This document shows, in pieces, positions 37,852 through 45,820 of a stretch of DNA of 54,534 nucleotides. The translations under genes were made by a program, and so were the position numbers. The DNA comes from an uncultured Dehalococcoidales bacterium (GTDB lineage: Bacteria > Chloroflexota > Dehalococcoidia > Dehalococcoidales > UBA2162), in assembly GCA_964493985.1 (NCBI GenBank), contig CAZBQL010000005.1:1-54534 (forward strand), written 5' to 3'. Position 1 is the first letter of the stretch; every line of letters begins with the position of its first letter. The notes under the pieces were generated by a model, which searched no databases, had not been told where the DNA came from, and saw only the letters and a program-made list of their open reading frames with translations.

Positions 37852-39408
37852 TTACTTTCCGGCGTATTCCTCGCGAAGCTGTTTCTTCAAAATTTTACCC
37901 ATCTGGTTGCGGGGGAGTTCATCTACAAAGAAGACTGATCTTGGCCTCTTAAAGCTGGCAAGATTCGCCCGGCAGTACTCCATTATCTCTTCCGGAGTGG
38001 CGGTCTCTCCCTTCTTGACCACGACTATCGCCACGGGAAGTTCTCCCCATTCTTCATCGGGGATGCCTATCACGGCGGCATCATCGACCTTGGGATGTGA
38101 AAGTACCACGCCTTCCACTTCTTCCGGTGAGATATTTTCACCGGCACGGATAATCATGTCGGTAGCCCTTCCAGCCAGGAAGAAGTATCCTTCTTCATCG
38201 ACGTATCCCATATCACCGGTGTGTACCCAGCCGTCCTTATCGATTGTCTTACCCGTCTTTTCCTCATCTTTCCAGTATCCGCTCATCACCCTGGGACCCC
38301 GAGCGACTATCTCACCTACTTCACCCTGGGGAACGTCGTTACCGTTTTCATCTACAACCTTCATTTGCACGTCGGACATCGGCCGGCCGATTGATGAAAG
38401 CCTTTTCAGCTTCTTTTCTCTCTCTTCGGGCGTGCCGGTAATATTGTGGTCTTCGGGGCTGAGAGTGGTGATGGTCGAAGCTGTTTCGGTCTGCCCGAAG
38501 GCGTTAATAAAGCTGACTCCGGGGAACAATTCCACGGCTTTCTTGATAACCTCAAGCGGCATAGGCGCCGCGCCGTACGTAATAACTCTCAGGCTGGAAA
38601 GGTCATAGTTTTTAAACTCCGGGTTGTCCATAAGCTGCTTGAGCATAGTGGGGACCATCATTGCCCGGTTAGCTTTTTCCGCCTGCACCAGGCTCATCCA
38701 TTCCACCGGCTCGAACTGTCTTTCCATGACAAGCGTCCTGCCGCCGTAAATAGCCGCCATCATCGCCTGGATACCGGCAACATGGTACAGCGGGACCGTG
38801 AGTATGTTTCCTTCTTCCGATATCGGATCGGCGGGTGTTACATTCTCGAGTACGTATATCGAAAAGCTGTTATGCGAAAGCATGACGCCCTTCGGAAATC
38901 CGGTTGTTCCGGCGGTATACATCAGTATGGTGGTGTCATCATCGCCGATCTCGGTATATATTTCTTCAGGAGAACCTTCCCTGATAACGTCCTCGTAATA
39001 CAGCATACCATCATGTTTGTCATCCAGCGAGATGAAATTCTTTACCGTTTCCAGATCGGGTTTGATCGACTCAACCAGGTTGATATAACGGTCACCGATA
39101 AAGATAGTGTTTGATTCCGAACTGTTCAGCATATAGGTGAGTTCAGCACCCTTCGCCCTGAAGTTCAGCGGGACGTAGATAGCTCCTATTCTGGCAACGG
39201 CAAAATAGACTTCCACGCACTGCGAAGTGTTTACCTGGAGCATGGCTACTCTGTCTCCCTTTTGAATGCCAAGTTTCATCAAGGCATTGCCCAGCCTGTT
39301 TACCCGTTCATTCAGTTCCGCGAAAGAACGTCTGCAATCCTCGAAAACGATTGCACATTTATCGGGGCATATCGCACTGGCGATACTCAAGAATTCGGTA
39401 GTGTTCAA
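37852..39408 (-). CDS. Long-chain acyl-CoA synthetase (AMP-binding family)
   Basis: YTAGTTGFPKG, FGQTE, HTGD, GENISP.EVE, PRNQMGKILK; probable TTG start at 39408 after GGAGG (ORF-track extension overlaps the upstream gene). Confidence 0.92.
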   Translation of the reverse strand: MNTTEFLSIASAICPDKCAIVFEDCRRSFAELNERVNRLGNALMKLGIQKGDRVAMLQVNTSQCVEVYFAVARIGAIYVPLNFRAKGAELTYMLNSSESNTIFIGDRYINLVESIKPDLETVKNFISLDDKHDGMLYYEDVIREGSPEEIYTEIGDDDTTILMYTAGTTGFPKGVMLSHNSFSIYVLENVTPADPISEEGNILTVPLYHVAGIQAMMAAIYGGRTLVMERQFEPVEWMSLVQAEKANRAMMVPTMLKQLMDNPEFKNYDLSSLRVITYGAAPMPLEVIKKAVELFPGVSFINAFGQTETASTITTLSPEDHNITGTPEEREKKLKRLSSIGRPMSDVQMKVVDENGNDVPQGEVGEIVARGPRVMSGYWKDEEKTGKTIDKDGWVHTGDMGYVDEEGYFFLAGRATDMIIRAGENISPEEVEGVVLSHPKVDDAAVIGIPDEEWGELPVAIVVVKKGETATPEEIMEYCRANLASFKRPRSVFFVDELPRNQMGKILKKQLREEYAGK

Positions 39409-39481
39409 TTTGCGACCTCCTGTATTTTTAAAGTCCTTAATAAGATATTCGTAAATTCTGTTATTCTCAATAATAATATAG

Positions 39482-40204
39482 TTAAGAAGCCTGCAACCTC
39501 TCTGCAAGAGCAGCTTCAAGTTCAAGCCCCTGGCTTAACGTCATATTCATCCCCCTGGTAACAGCCTGTTTTACAATACTTACCGCTATTGGGTCGAACG
39601 ATTTTATTCTGTCAGCTATTTTCTCGGCGGTGGACATCAGTTCACCACGTGTCACTATTCTATTTACCAGTTTCATTTTCAGGGCCTCTTCTGCCTTTAC
39701 CCAGCGCCCGGTTATCAGTACATCCAGGGCATGAGACCTGTTTATTATGCGGGGTACGGTCTGACTTCCACCGGCTGCCGTAATTATTCCCAATCCCATC
39801 TCCGGCGTACCGAACTGGACGTCATCCGAAGCTATCCTGATATCGCAACATGCGGCAATCTCGACACCGTCTCCAAGGACATATCCGTGCAAAGCGGCAA
39901 TTATCGGTTTATCTATACTGAGAAATCTACTCCACACATCACGTTCGAAACGTACCTGTCGGGCAATTACCGGTGACGGCGCAGTGAGAAATTCCGTAAG
40001 GTCGGCTCCTGCGCAGAACGCTTTATCTCCGGCGCCGCTGAAGATTATCACTCTTACGTCCGGGTCATCTCTGATCGCCCCTAGAACCTGGAACATCTCG
40101 TCACGCATCCTGATATTGTAGGCGTTCAGGGCTTTCGGCCTGTTGAGTGTTACATAGGCTGTTCCGTTTTTCTTTTCGTAGAGTATAGTTTCGAAATCAC
40201 TCAT
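39482..40204 (-). CDS. Enoyl-CoA hydratase/isomerase (crotonase) family
   Basis: TLNRP..LNA, FCAGADL, KPIIAALHG, CDIRIAS...FGTPE. Confidence 0.9.
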   Translation of the reverse strand: MSDFETILYEKKNGTAYVTLNRPKALNAYNIRMRDEMFQVLGAIRDDPDVRVIIFSGAGDKAFCAGADLTEFLTAPSPVIARQVRFERDVWSRFLSIDKPIIAALHGYVLGDGVEIAACCDIRIASDDVQFGTPEMGLGIITAAGGSQTVPRIINRSHALDVLITGRWVKAEEALKMKLVNRIVTRGELMSTAEKIADRIKSFDPIAVSIVKQAVTRGMNMTLSQGLELEAALAERLQAS

Positions 40205-40240
40205 GTTTTAATTTTAATCTATTTGACCCTATCCCCTATA

Positions 40241-40303
40241 TCCCCTTCCCCTTTTTAGGGGAAGGGGAATGATTTATTTAAGAGGGGCTGCGCCCCTCTT
40301 AAA
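40241..40303. repeat. Twin-hairpin intergenic element
   Basis: TCCCCTTCCCCT-TTTT-AGGGGAAGGGGA and TTTAAGAGGGGC-TGC-GCCCCTCTTAAA, both perfect 12-bp stems. Confidence 0.7.
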
Positions 40304-40325
40304 CTCCCCGTTTCGGTACTTTGGA

Positions 40326-41048
40326 TTACTCTCCTTTAAACTCAGGTGTTCTTTTTTCGAGGAAGGCGGTTATTCCTTCTGTCCTGTCGGCAGTGGTATG
40401 GAGCAGGAGATAGAGGTCTGCTTCAAGGCACAGCCCCTGTTCCATGGTCATATCCATTCCTTTATTGACCGCTTCCTTGACGTACCTGAGAGAAATCGGC
40501 GCTTTTGTGGCTATTCCCTGCACCAGTCCTTCCGCTTCCACGGCCAACTCATTTACAGGAACTACTTTGCTGACCAGGCCCATGTCGAGGGCTTCAGCCG
40601 CAGTTATGGTTTCTGCCGTCAGTATCAATTCCAGGGCTTTTCCCTTACCGATGAGTCGCGGCAATCGCTGGGTGCCGCCGTCCGCCGGAATATCACCGGA
40701 CTCAAGCTGAGGGAGTCCGAATTTAGCTGTATCTGCCGCTATACGGATATCGCAACTCAAGGCTATTTCAAGTCCGTCACCAATCGCATCACCGTTAATC
40801 GCCGCAACAACAGGTTTTTCTATCCCGGCAACCGAGGCGGCAGCATTCGATCTTACCTCGCTTCCGTAACAGAATTTTTCACCGGCCCCGGTAATCAACA
40901 CCACATATATATCATCGTCCTGGTTAACGGCAGCACATATTTCTTCAATTTCCTGGGTAAATTGCAGGTTGATCCTGTTATCAACCTCAGGGCGATTCAA
41001 TGTAATGCGTGCGATATGGTCTTTCTTTTCAAACAGGATGGCAGCCAT
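40326..41048 (-). CDS. Enoyl-CoA hydratase/isomerase (crotonase) family
   Basis: ITLNRP, KPVVAAING, LEIALSCDIRIA, DGGTQRLPRLIG, EKRTPEFKG. Confidence 0.9.
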   Translation of the reverse strand: MAAILFEKKDHIARITLNRPEVDNRINLQFTQEIEEICAAVNQDDDIYVVLITGAGEKFCYGSEVRSNAAASVAGIEKPVVAAINGDAIGDGLEIALSCDIRIAADTAKFGLPQLESGDIPADGGTQRLPRLIGKGKALELILTAETITAAEALDMGLVSKVVPVNELAVEAEGLVQGIATKAPISLRYVKEAVNKGMDMTMEQGLCLEADLYLLLHTTADRTEGITAFLEKRTPEFKGE

Positions 41049-41270
41049 CCGTTAACTCCTTGTAAAAATTGACTGGACAAAATATATATAATTCCGAAGC
41101 TATAATACCCAACTGCGTATTCCGCGTCAAGGTTAATCGGTATTTAGAATCCTTCTTTAACTTTTCTGTATCAGGTACGTGGAAAGTTCTATACGAATGA
41201 GAGAAAGTGTATTCTTTCTCAGGCAAGAATATTCGCCCGTAGTGCACCTAACCATATGAAAATGAAAAAT

Positions 41271-41792
41271 CTACTCAAGCTGGATAATCCGGGCATCTAC
41301 CCTGCCGGAGTCTATCGAGAGGAGACCGACCGTCCCGAGTTCAGGGAAGTTGTTCGGCCAGGTGGGGCTGCCTGGATTAATCACCAGGACGCCTTTATGT
41401 TTTTCTATCAACGCTTTATGGGTGTGGCCATAGATAACGGCGTTGGGAATTTCATGATCAGGCTCCACAGTCCTGGAAAATATCCGGTTCTCCCTGGGAA
41501 CTATGGTCCCGAAGGCAGGCTTCTCATGTACCAGCCACAGGGTAATACCATTGATATTAACCGTGCGTTCATTTAGCATTCTGGGATCATCGCCAAGGTC
41601 TTTTTCCATATCGTCGTCACCCCAGGCAGCCACCACAGGAGCGATAGATTCAAGCTGGTCCAGGGCAGACGGAACCCAGATATCGCCGGCATGTAGAATA
41701 AGTTCAACGCCTTTGAATGCTGTCTTTATCTGGAAAGGAAGTTCCTCTTCCGACCTGGCAAGGTGGGTATCCGAAATAAGTCCGATAAGCAT
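41271..41792 (-). CDS. YfcE/MJ0936-like metallophosphoesterase
   Basis: ISDTH, LHAGD, GHTH, INPGS. Confidence 0.88.
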   Translation of the reverse strand: MLIGLISDTHLARSEEELPFQIKTAFKGVELILHAGDIWVPSALDQLESIAPVVAAWGDDDMEKDLGDDPRMLNERTVNINGITLWLVHEKPAFGTIVPRENRIFSRTVEPDHEIPNAVIYGHTHKALIEKHKGVLVINPGSPTWPNNFPELGTVGLLSIDSGRVDARIIQLE

Positions 41793-41830
41793 CTGTACAC
41801 TATTACTTTAGACAATCTGGATTAAAGCGT

Positions 41831-41935
41831 CAAATCCGGTTCTCGGTTCAAGGCTGAGATGAGTTGCTCATTACATGGCAACGTTCCTTGTGGAAATCCT
41901 TCCAGGTACGCCATAGGCATATTGCGACGGACTCG
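41831..41935 (-). ncRNA. Candidate structured ncRNA, family unassigned
   Basis: 5'/3' end pairing CGAGUCCG/CGGAUUUG, long internal hairpin 41875-41914, candidate -10 TATAGC just upstream. Confidence 0.3.
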
Positions 41936-41975
41936 TAGTACAGCTATAAAGGAAGGGAGTGATAGACAAACGTTA

Positions 41976-42032
41976 ATTGAGATTGCGACGTTTTCCTGCC
42001 TCAGGTGGATTGAAATCGAAACTTACAATGAC
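41976..42032 (-). repeat. REP-like intergenic repeat, copy 3
   Basis: Minus strand GTCATTGTAAG...CGTCGCAATCTCAAT. Confidence 0.55.
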
Positions 42033-42036
42033 CCGA

Positions 42037-42735
42037 TTAAACCAAGGCTGCGGCGGACATGCAGATATCCGAAAGGGGGCACCCGTGGCACAGGGGTCTG
42101 GGCCGGCAGGTCTCTTTGCCGAGGTGGACGAGGAGGGCGTGGAATTCGTTGAACAATGTTACATCGGCGGGGAGGTTTTTCATGAAGAGGGACTGCCAGT
42201 CTGAATAGGTATCTTTCTTCGACCGGATACCGATACGGTCCATTATCCGGCGGGTGTAGGCATCTATAACAAAGACGGGTTTTTCAGCGGCATAGAGGAG
42301 TATAGAGTCGGCAGTTTCCTCACCGATACCCCAGACGGCGAGGAGTTCATCACGAAGCTGTCCTGTGTCTTTTTCAAACAGTCTGTCAAGGTCATCATTA
42401 CAGGCACTCCCGATATACTCCACCAATGCTTTTAACTTGCGGGCTTTGACGTTGTAATAGACGGCGGAACGTATGAGTGGTGCGATCTCTTCCGGTGATT
42501 TTTTTCTAAGGGCGTCGGGCAACATCAGCCCGGCTGTTTTGAGGTTCGTTATGGCAGTTTCAACGTTTTGCCAGGCAGCCGACTGAGTGAGTACCGCACC
42601 GATCATTACCTCGAAGGGGGTTCCGCCGGGCCACCAGTGCTGCGGTCCGAATTTATCAAAGAGACGGCGATATATCTCCTCAAGCAGGCTTCTCGCAGTC
42701 TCAGTCACGGTACACTTCGCCGTCCATTGCGTCAT
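42037..42735 (-). CDS. HhH-GPD / endonuclease III-like DNA glycosylase with FeS motif
   Basis: WWP..TPFEV.IGAVLTQ, GIGEETADSILLY, FVIDAY, CRPRPLCHGCPLSDIC. Confidence 0.9.
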   Translation of the reverse strand: MTQWTAKCTVTETARSLLEEIYRRLFDKFGPQHWWPGGTPFEVMIGAVLTQSAAWQNVETAITNLKTAGLMLPDALRKKSPEEIAPLIRSAVYYNVKARKLKALVEYIGSACNDDLDRLFEKDTGQLRDELLAVWGIGEETADSILLYAAEKPVFVIDAYTRRIMDRIGIRSKKDTYSDWQSLFMKNLPADVTLFNEFHALLVHLGKETCRPRPLCHGCPLSDICMSAAALV

Positions 42736-43141
42736 AGCCGATATTCCAGGGCTTAATATCGATCACCGGTGTGCCGTCGAGGGCATCCAGTCCCTGTACG
42801 GTCAATACGTTCCCTTCACGCTTGAGTAGTTTTACGGTCATTATACCGACCGGATTAGGTCTGTCCGGTGTCCGTGTGGCGAACAGCCCACGCTTCGGGA
42901 TATCTTTTCTGCCCCTGGGGTTTATCCTGAGGGCGATATTCTCTCTATCACGTTTATGGAGCCAGTAGAGAATAATGAAGTACCGGTATTTTTCAAGGTT
43001 ATCCAGTCCTTCTTCAAGGCTCTCATCGATCACTATTTCAGAGACAAGTTCCTGCCACCAGTCTTCCCGATCAGGATTTTCCTTATATTTGTTTCGGACG
43101 AATCCGATGGGTTTAAGTGTCATTTCCGGTTTTTCGGTCAT
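42701..43141 (-). CDS. tsaA: TrmO/TsaA tRNA t6A37 N6-methyltransferase-like
   Basis: LKPIGFV, ILYWLH, GLFATRTPDRPNPVG, LDALDGTPVIDIKP. Confidence 0.9.
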   Translation of the reverse strand: MTEKPEMTLKPIGFVRNKYKENPDREDWWQELVSEIVIDESLEEGLDNLEKYRYFIILYWLHKRDRENIALRINPRGRKDIPKRGLFATRTPDRPNPVGIMTVKLLKREGNVLTVQGLDALDGTPVIDIKPWNIGYDAMDGEVYRD

Positions 43142-43393
43142 TTTTACTCTCTCTTAATGATAGCATAACTACTCTTATATCATCGCGTATTTCTTTTTTT
43201 GTCTTCCCTGCCCGCCAGCGAGAGACTGTACCAGCATAGCCAGACCGCATGTCATGCTGAGGAGTCCGATTGTACATGGTAATATGTTCAGCCATCACGA
43301 CAAGGACGATGAATGTGTCTCCTTGTTGATACTCGAATACCCTCGATCGATTAAATCTATCGTAAGTTTATCTGTATAAAGGAAGGAGATCCT

Positions 43394-43450
43394 TCATCCC
43401 TGAATGAGCTTCAATCGGGAAATCCGAATTAACACCGGGATTCAGGATGA
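43394..43450. repeat. Intergenic inverted repeat (REP-like)
   Basis: TCATCCCTGAAT ... ATTCAGGATGA arms. Confidence 0.45.
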
Positions 43451-43508
43451 CACCTTATCGTGCTATGACGGATAATCGGTTTACACACTTAGCTGGCTGA
43501 AATCCCAA

Positions 43509-44837
43509 TTATGAAAAGTTAATCTCAGTCGGATCAACGAGTTTGCCAGGTCCGAACGATGAGTAATCGAGATCGTAGAACTCCCGGCATACGGCAAAAT
43601 ACCCGAGGTGGCTGCCGCCCATTACCAGTTTGGCTATCGGCGCGTCACGGTAATACTTCTCATAATGGTTCTCGCGGACATAGCCGTAGGAACCCATTAA
43701 TTCCATACCTTTCAGGATGAGAGCAGGCACGGTCCTGGTTATATAGGCATGGACGGCATGTCCTTTGGCTACCATGCTTCTCGTATCCCAGGTACCGTAG
43801 ATATCCATGCGATCATATTCGTGGGCGAGTTCAAGAAAAGCGGCTCTTCCCACCGTAATGAAGGAAGCCATTTCACCGAGAATCATTGCCGCAGAAAGGT
43901 GTTGATTAATCGGTCTGCCACCGGCTACCCGCTGGGCGGTATACTCGTTCAGCACATCGAAGGCACCCTGCAGGATGCCTATGGTATGACCGGAATTCAG
44001 GGGCATGGGAGCGGATACGGTCGTTTCGAAAATTGACCAGGCCACCGGTCCCTGCAGTCCCCAGGCTTTTGGCACTCTTACATCATCGAAGTAGGTGGCA
44101 GTGTTTCTGTCAGCCTGCATCCCGCATTTCACCTCGAATTTTCCATGGGACACTCCAGGCCAGGGCTCAGGCACATAAATCAGGGCGAACGCGTCTTTTC
44201 CGAGTCGCGGATCGATATTACAGATGACGCAATTAAGGTCGGCAACACCGGCGTTGGAAGCCCAGAACTTGTTGCCGTTAATGACCCACTCGTCGCCATC
44301 GAGTTTCGCTCTTACACCGATTGTCTTGCCTTCGTTGGTAAGATTCTCTATATCGCAGGCCGACTCGGCTTCACTCATGTTAAAGCAGGCAGCCCGGTGT
44401 TCGTTACCGGTGAACATGGATGAAAATTCGTCGAGAACGGCTTTACCCCAGGCTTTCGCCTCGGGAGACGGCTCCATCAGGTAGGCGAGAGTGGCCGGCG
44501 TCCAGCCCCAGTCCGTAACAGCGCTGTGCATGCTTATGCCGTAGTCGCCCCTGGCTATCTGTTCCTGTTTCAATGCTCCGGCTACGATTGAAAGCAGTTC
44601 ATTGCCGCCGTAGTCTTTCGGTATCATATTTTTCTGGCAGCCAAGGTCTACCTGCAGCTTTTTCAATATGGGATTGATTATTTCCTGGTGGGTCACGTCA
44701 TCATCGATCTTGTCCCGTACCGGCATGATTTCCTGGTCGACGAAATCAGCCAGCATTTTCTGCATCATGCGGGCTTCTTCGTCGACGAAACACTCGGGAT
44801 ACTGTAATTTGTACCATTGACTTGTCTGGTCCAGCAT
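43509..44837 (-). CDS. Acyl-CoA dehydrogenase family protein, atypical active site
   Basis: WVINGNKFWASN, ELMGSYGY..E...EKYYRD; likely start MLDQT after GGAGG. Confidence 0.85.
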   Translation of the reverse strand: MLDQTSQWYKLQYPECFVDEEARMMQKMLADFVDQEIMPVRDKIDDDVTHQEIINPILKKLQVDLGCQKNMIPKDYGGNELLSIVAGALKQEQIARGDYGISMHSAVTDWGWTPATLAYLMEPSPEAKAWGKAVLDEFSSMFTGNEHRAACFNMSEAESACDIENLTNEGKTIGVRAKLDGDEWVINGNKFWASNAGVADLNCVICNIDPRLGKDAFALIYVPEPWPGVSHGKFEVKCGMQADRNTATYFDDVRVPKAWGLQGPVAWSIFETTVSAPMPLNSGHTIGILQGAFDVLNEYTAQRVAGGRPINQHLSAAMILGEMASFITVGRAAFLELAHEYDRMDIYGTWDTRSMVAKGHAVHAYITRTVPALILKGMELMGSYGYVRENHYEKYYRDAPIAKLVMGGSHLGYFAVCREFYDLDYSSFGPGKLVDPTEINFS

Positions 44838-45040
44838 TAAGATTCCTCCTGTTAATTTATGCACAGGTTAGATTTAAAGGTCTTCTGGTTGATACTCTGG
44901 TCTTATTTACCTTTTTTACCTGAATTATAATTTTTCTATATCCAGATACCAAACACTTTCAGTACATGCGATATAATATATCGGCAAGAGTCATCCCTGG
45001 CAAAGCTCGCCGATTTCATAATAGGCGAGGATTACCTGGT

Positions 45041-45793
45041 TTATTTGAGTAATAACCGCTTCAATACTCCAAAAGCCATCCAGCCTAAGGCTCCTACCGC
45101 GAGAACTATTGCGGCTATACTCAACCCACCGGCGGGTCCCGTTTCACCGGTCGGACCGGGAGGCCCGATCGGCCCGACCGGTCCAGATGCGCCGGAAGGT
45201 CCTGTTAAATCATCCGTAGTAAAACTACTTCCATCCGTTAAGAATAAGGTGAAAGTGCCATCGCCGTTGTTTTCGATAGTGTCTATACCTACTCCTGGAG
45301 TACCTTCACCAGCAGGGCCGGGAGAACCGGCTGGACCCGCAGGTCCCTGAATGCCTGGAAGACCATCAGCTCCACTCGGGCCGGGAGGGCCGACAGGGCC
45401 TACCATATCGATTACCATGAACCTCGCTCTGGCGGTTTGCGGAGCACCCGTAACCGTTGTGATAGTGATAGTTACGGTGTGTGTACCCATAACAAGAGGA
45501 GTTGGTATCGGTACAATCATGATTATATAAGGTATTTTAGAAAAACTATAGCCTGTTATTATTTGTGAAGGTGTAACAGGTAACCCATCAACGTCGACTA
45601 TTAATGTGTCATTATAGTAAAAATTATTGGCATGGACGACGATGTTCACCGGATCGCCAGCTACAGTAATAACAGGAAGGTAGTTTGGTACTAAGGTGAT
45701 CGTTTCATCCTGCGCATGGACCGTATTGGTGCTTCCTGCGAGTGAGAGAAACACCGCCATGACCAAGCCTAACAATAAACGGATAATTGTCAT
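45041..45793 (-). CDS. Exported, C-terminally anchored collagen-like protein
   Basis: Signal peptide ending VHA, beta-rich domain, 11 Gly-X-Y (45302-45400) and 8 Gly-X-Y (45131-45202) triplets, C-terminal TM helix. Confidence 0.85.
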   Translation of the reverse strand: MTIIRLLLGLVMAVFLSLAGSTNTVHAQDETITLVPNYLPVITVAGDPVNIVVHANNFYYNDTLIVDVDGLPVTPSQIITGYSFSKIPYIIMIVPIPTPLVMGTHTVTITITTVTGAPQTARARFMVIDMVGPVGPPGPSGADGLPGIQGPAGPAGSPGPAGEGTPGVGIDTIENNGDGTFTLFLTDGSSFTTDDLTGPSGASGPVGPIGPPGPTGETGPAGGLSIAAIVLAVGALGWMAFGVLKRLLLK

Positions 45794-45820
45794 AGCGTCT
45801 CCTTTTTTTTATACCATCAT

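Noticed and set aside
39409-39525. N-terminal extension of the acyl-CoA synthetase ORF
   Set aside because: It overlaps the upstream crotonase gene; a TTG with a GGAGG RBS at 39408 is a better start
41875-41914. CC-UGGAA-GG apical loop considered as SRP (4.5S) RNA
   Set aside because: The conserved CAGG/AGCA internal loop of SRP helix 8 is absent
42037-42735. Endonuclease III-like protein has Glu in place of the Nth lyase Lys (GIGEETAD)
   Set aside because: GIGxETADSILLY is the normal signature of this widespread HhH-GPD subfamily, so it is not a novel lesion
43113-43298. 61-aa ORF and an alternative hydrophobic frame upstream of tsaA
   Set aside because: No convincing RBS or motif; it overlaps tsaA and cannot be supported
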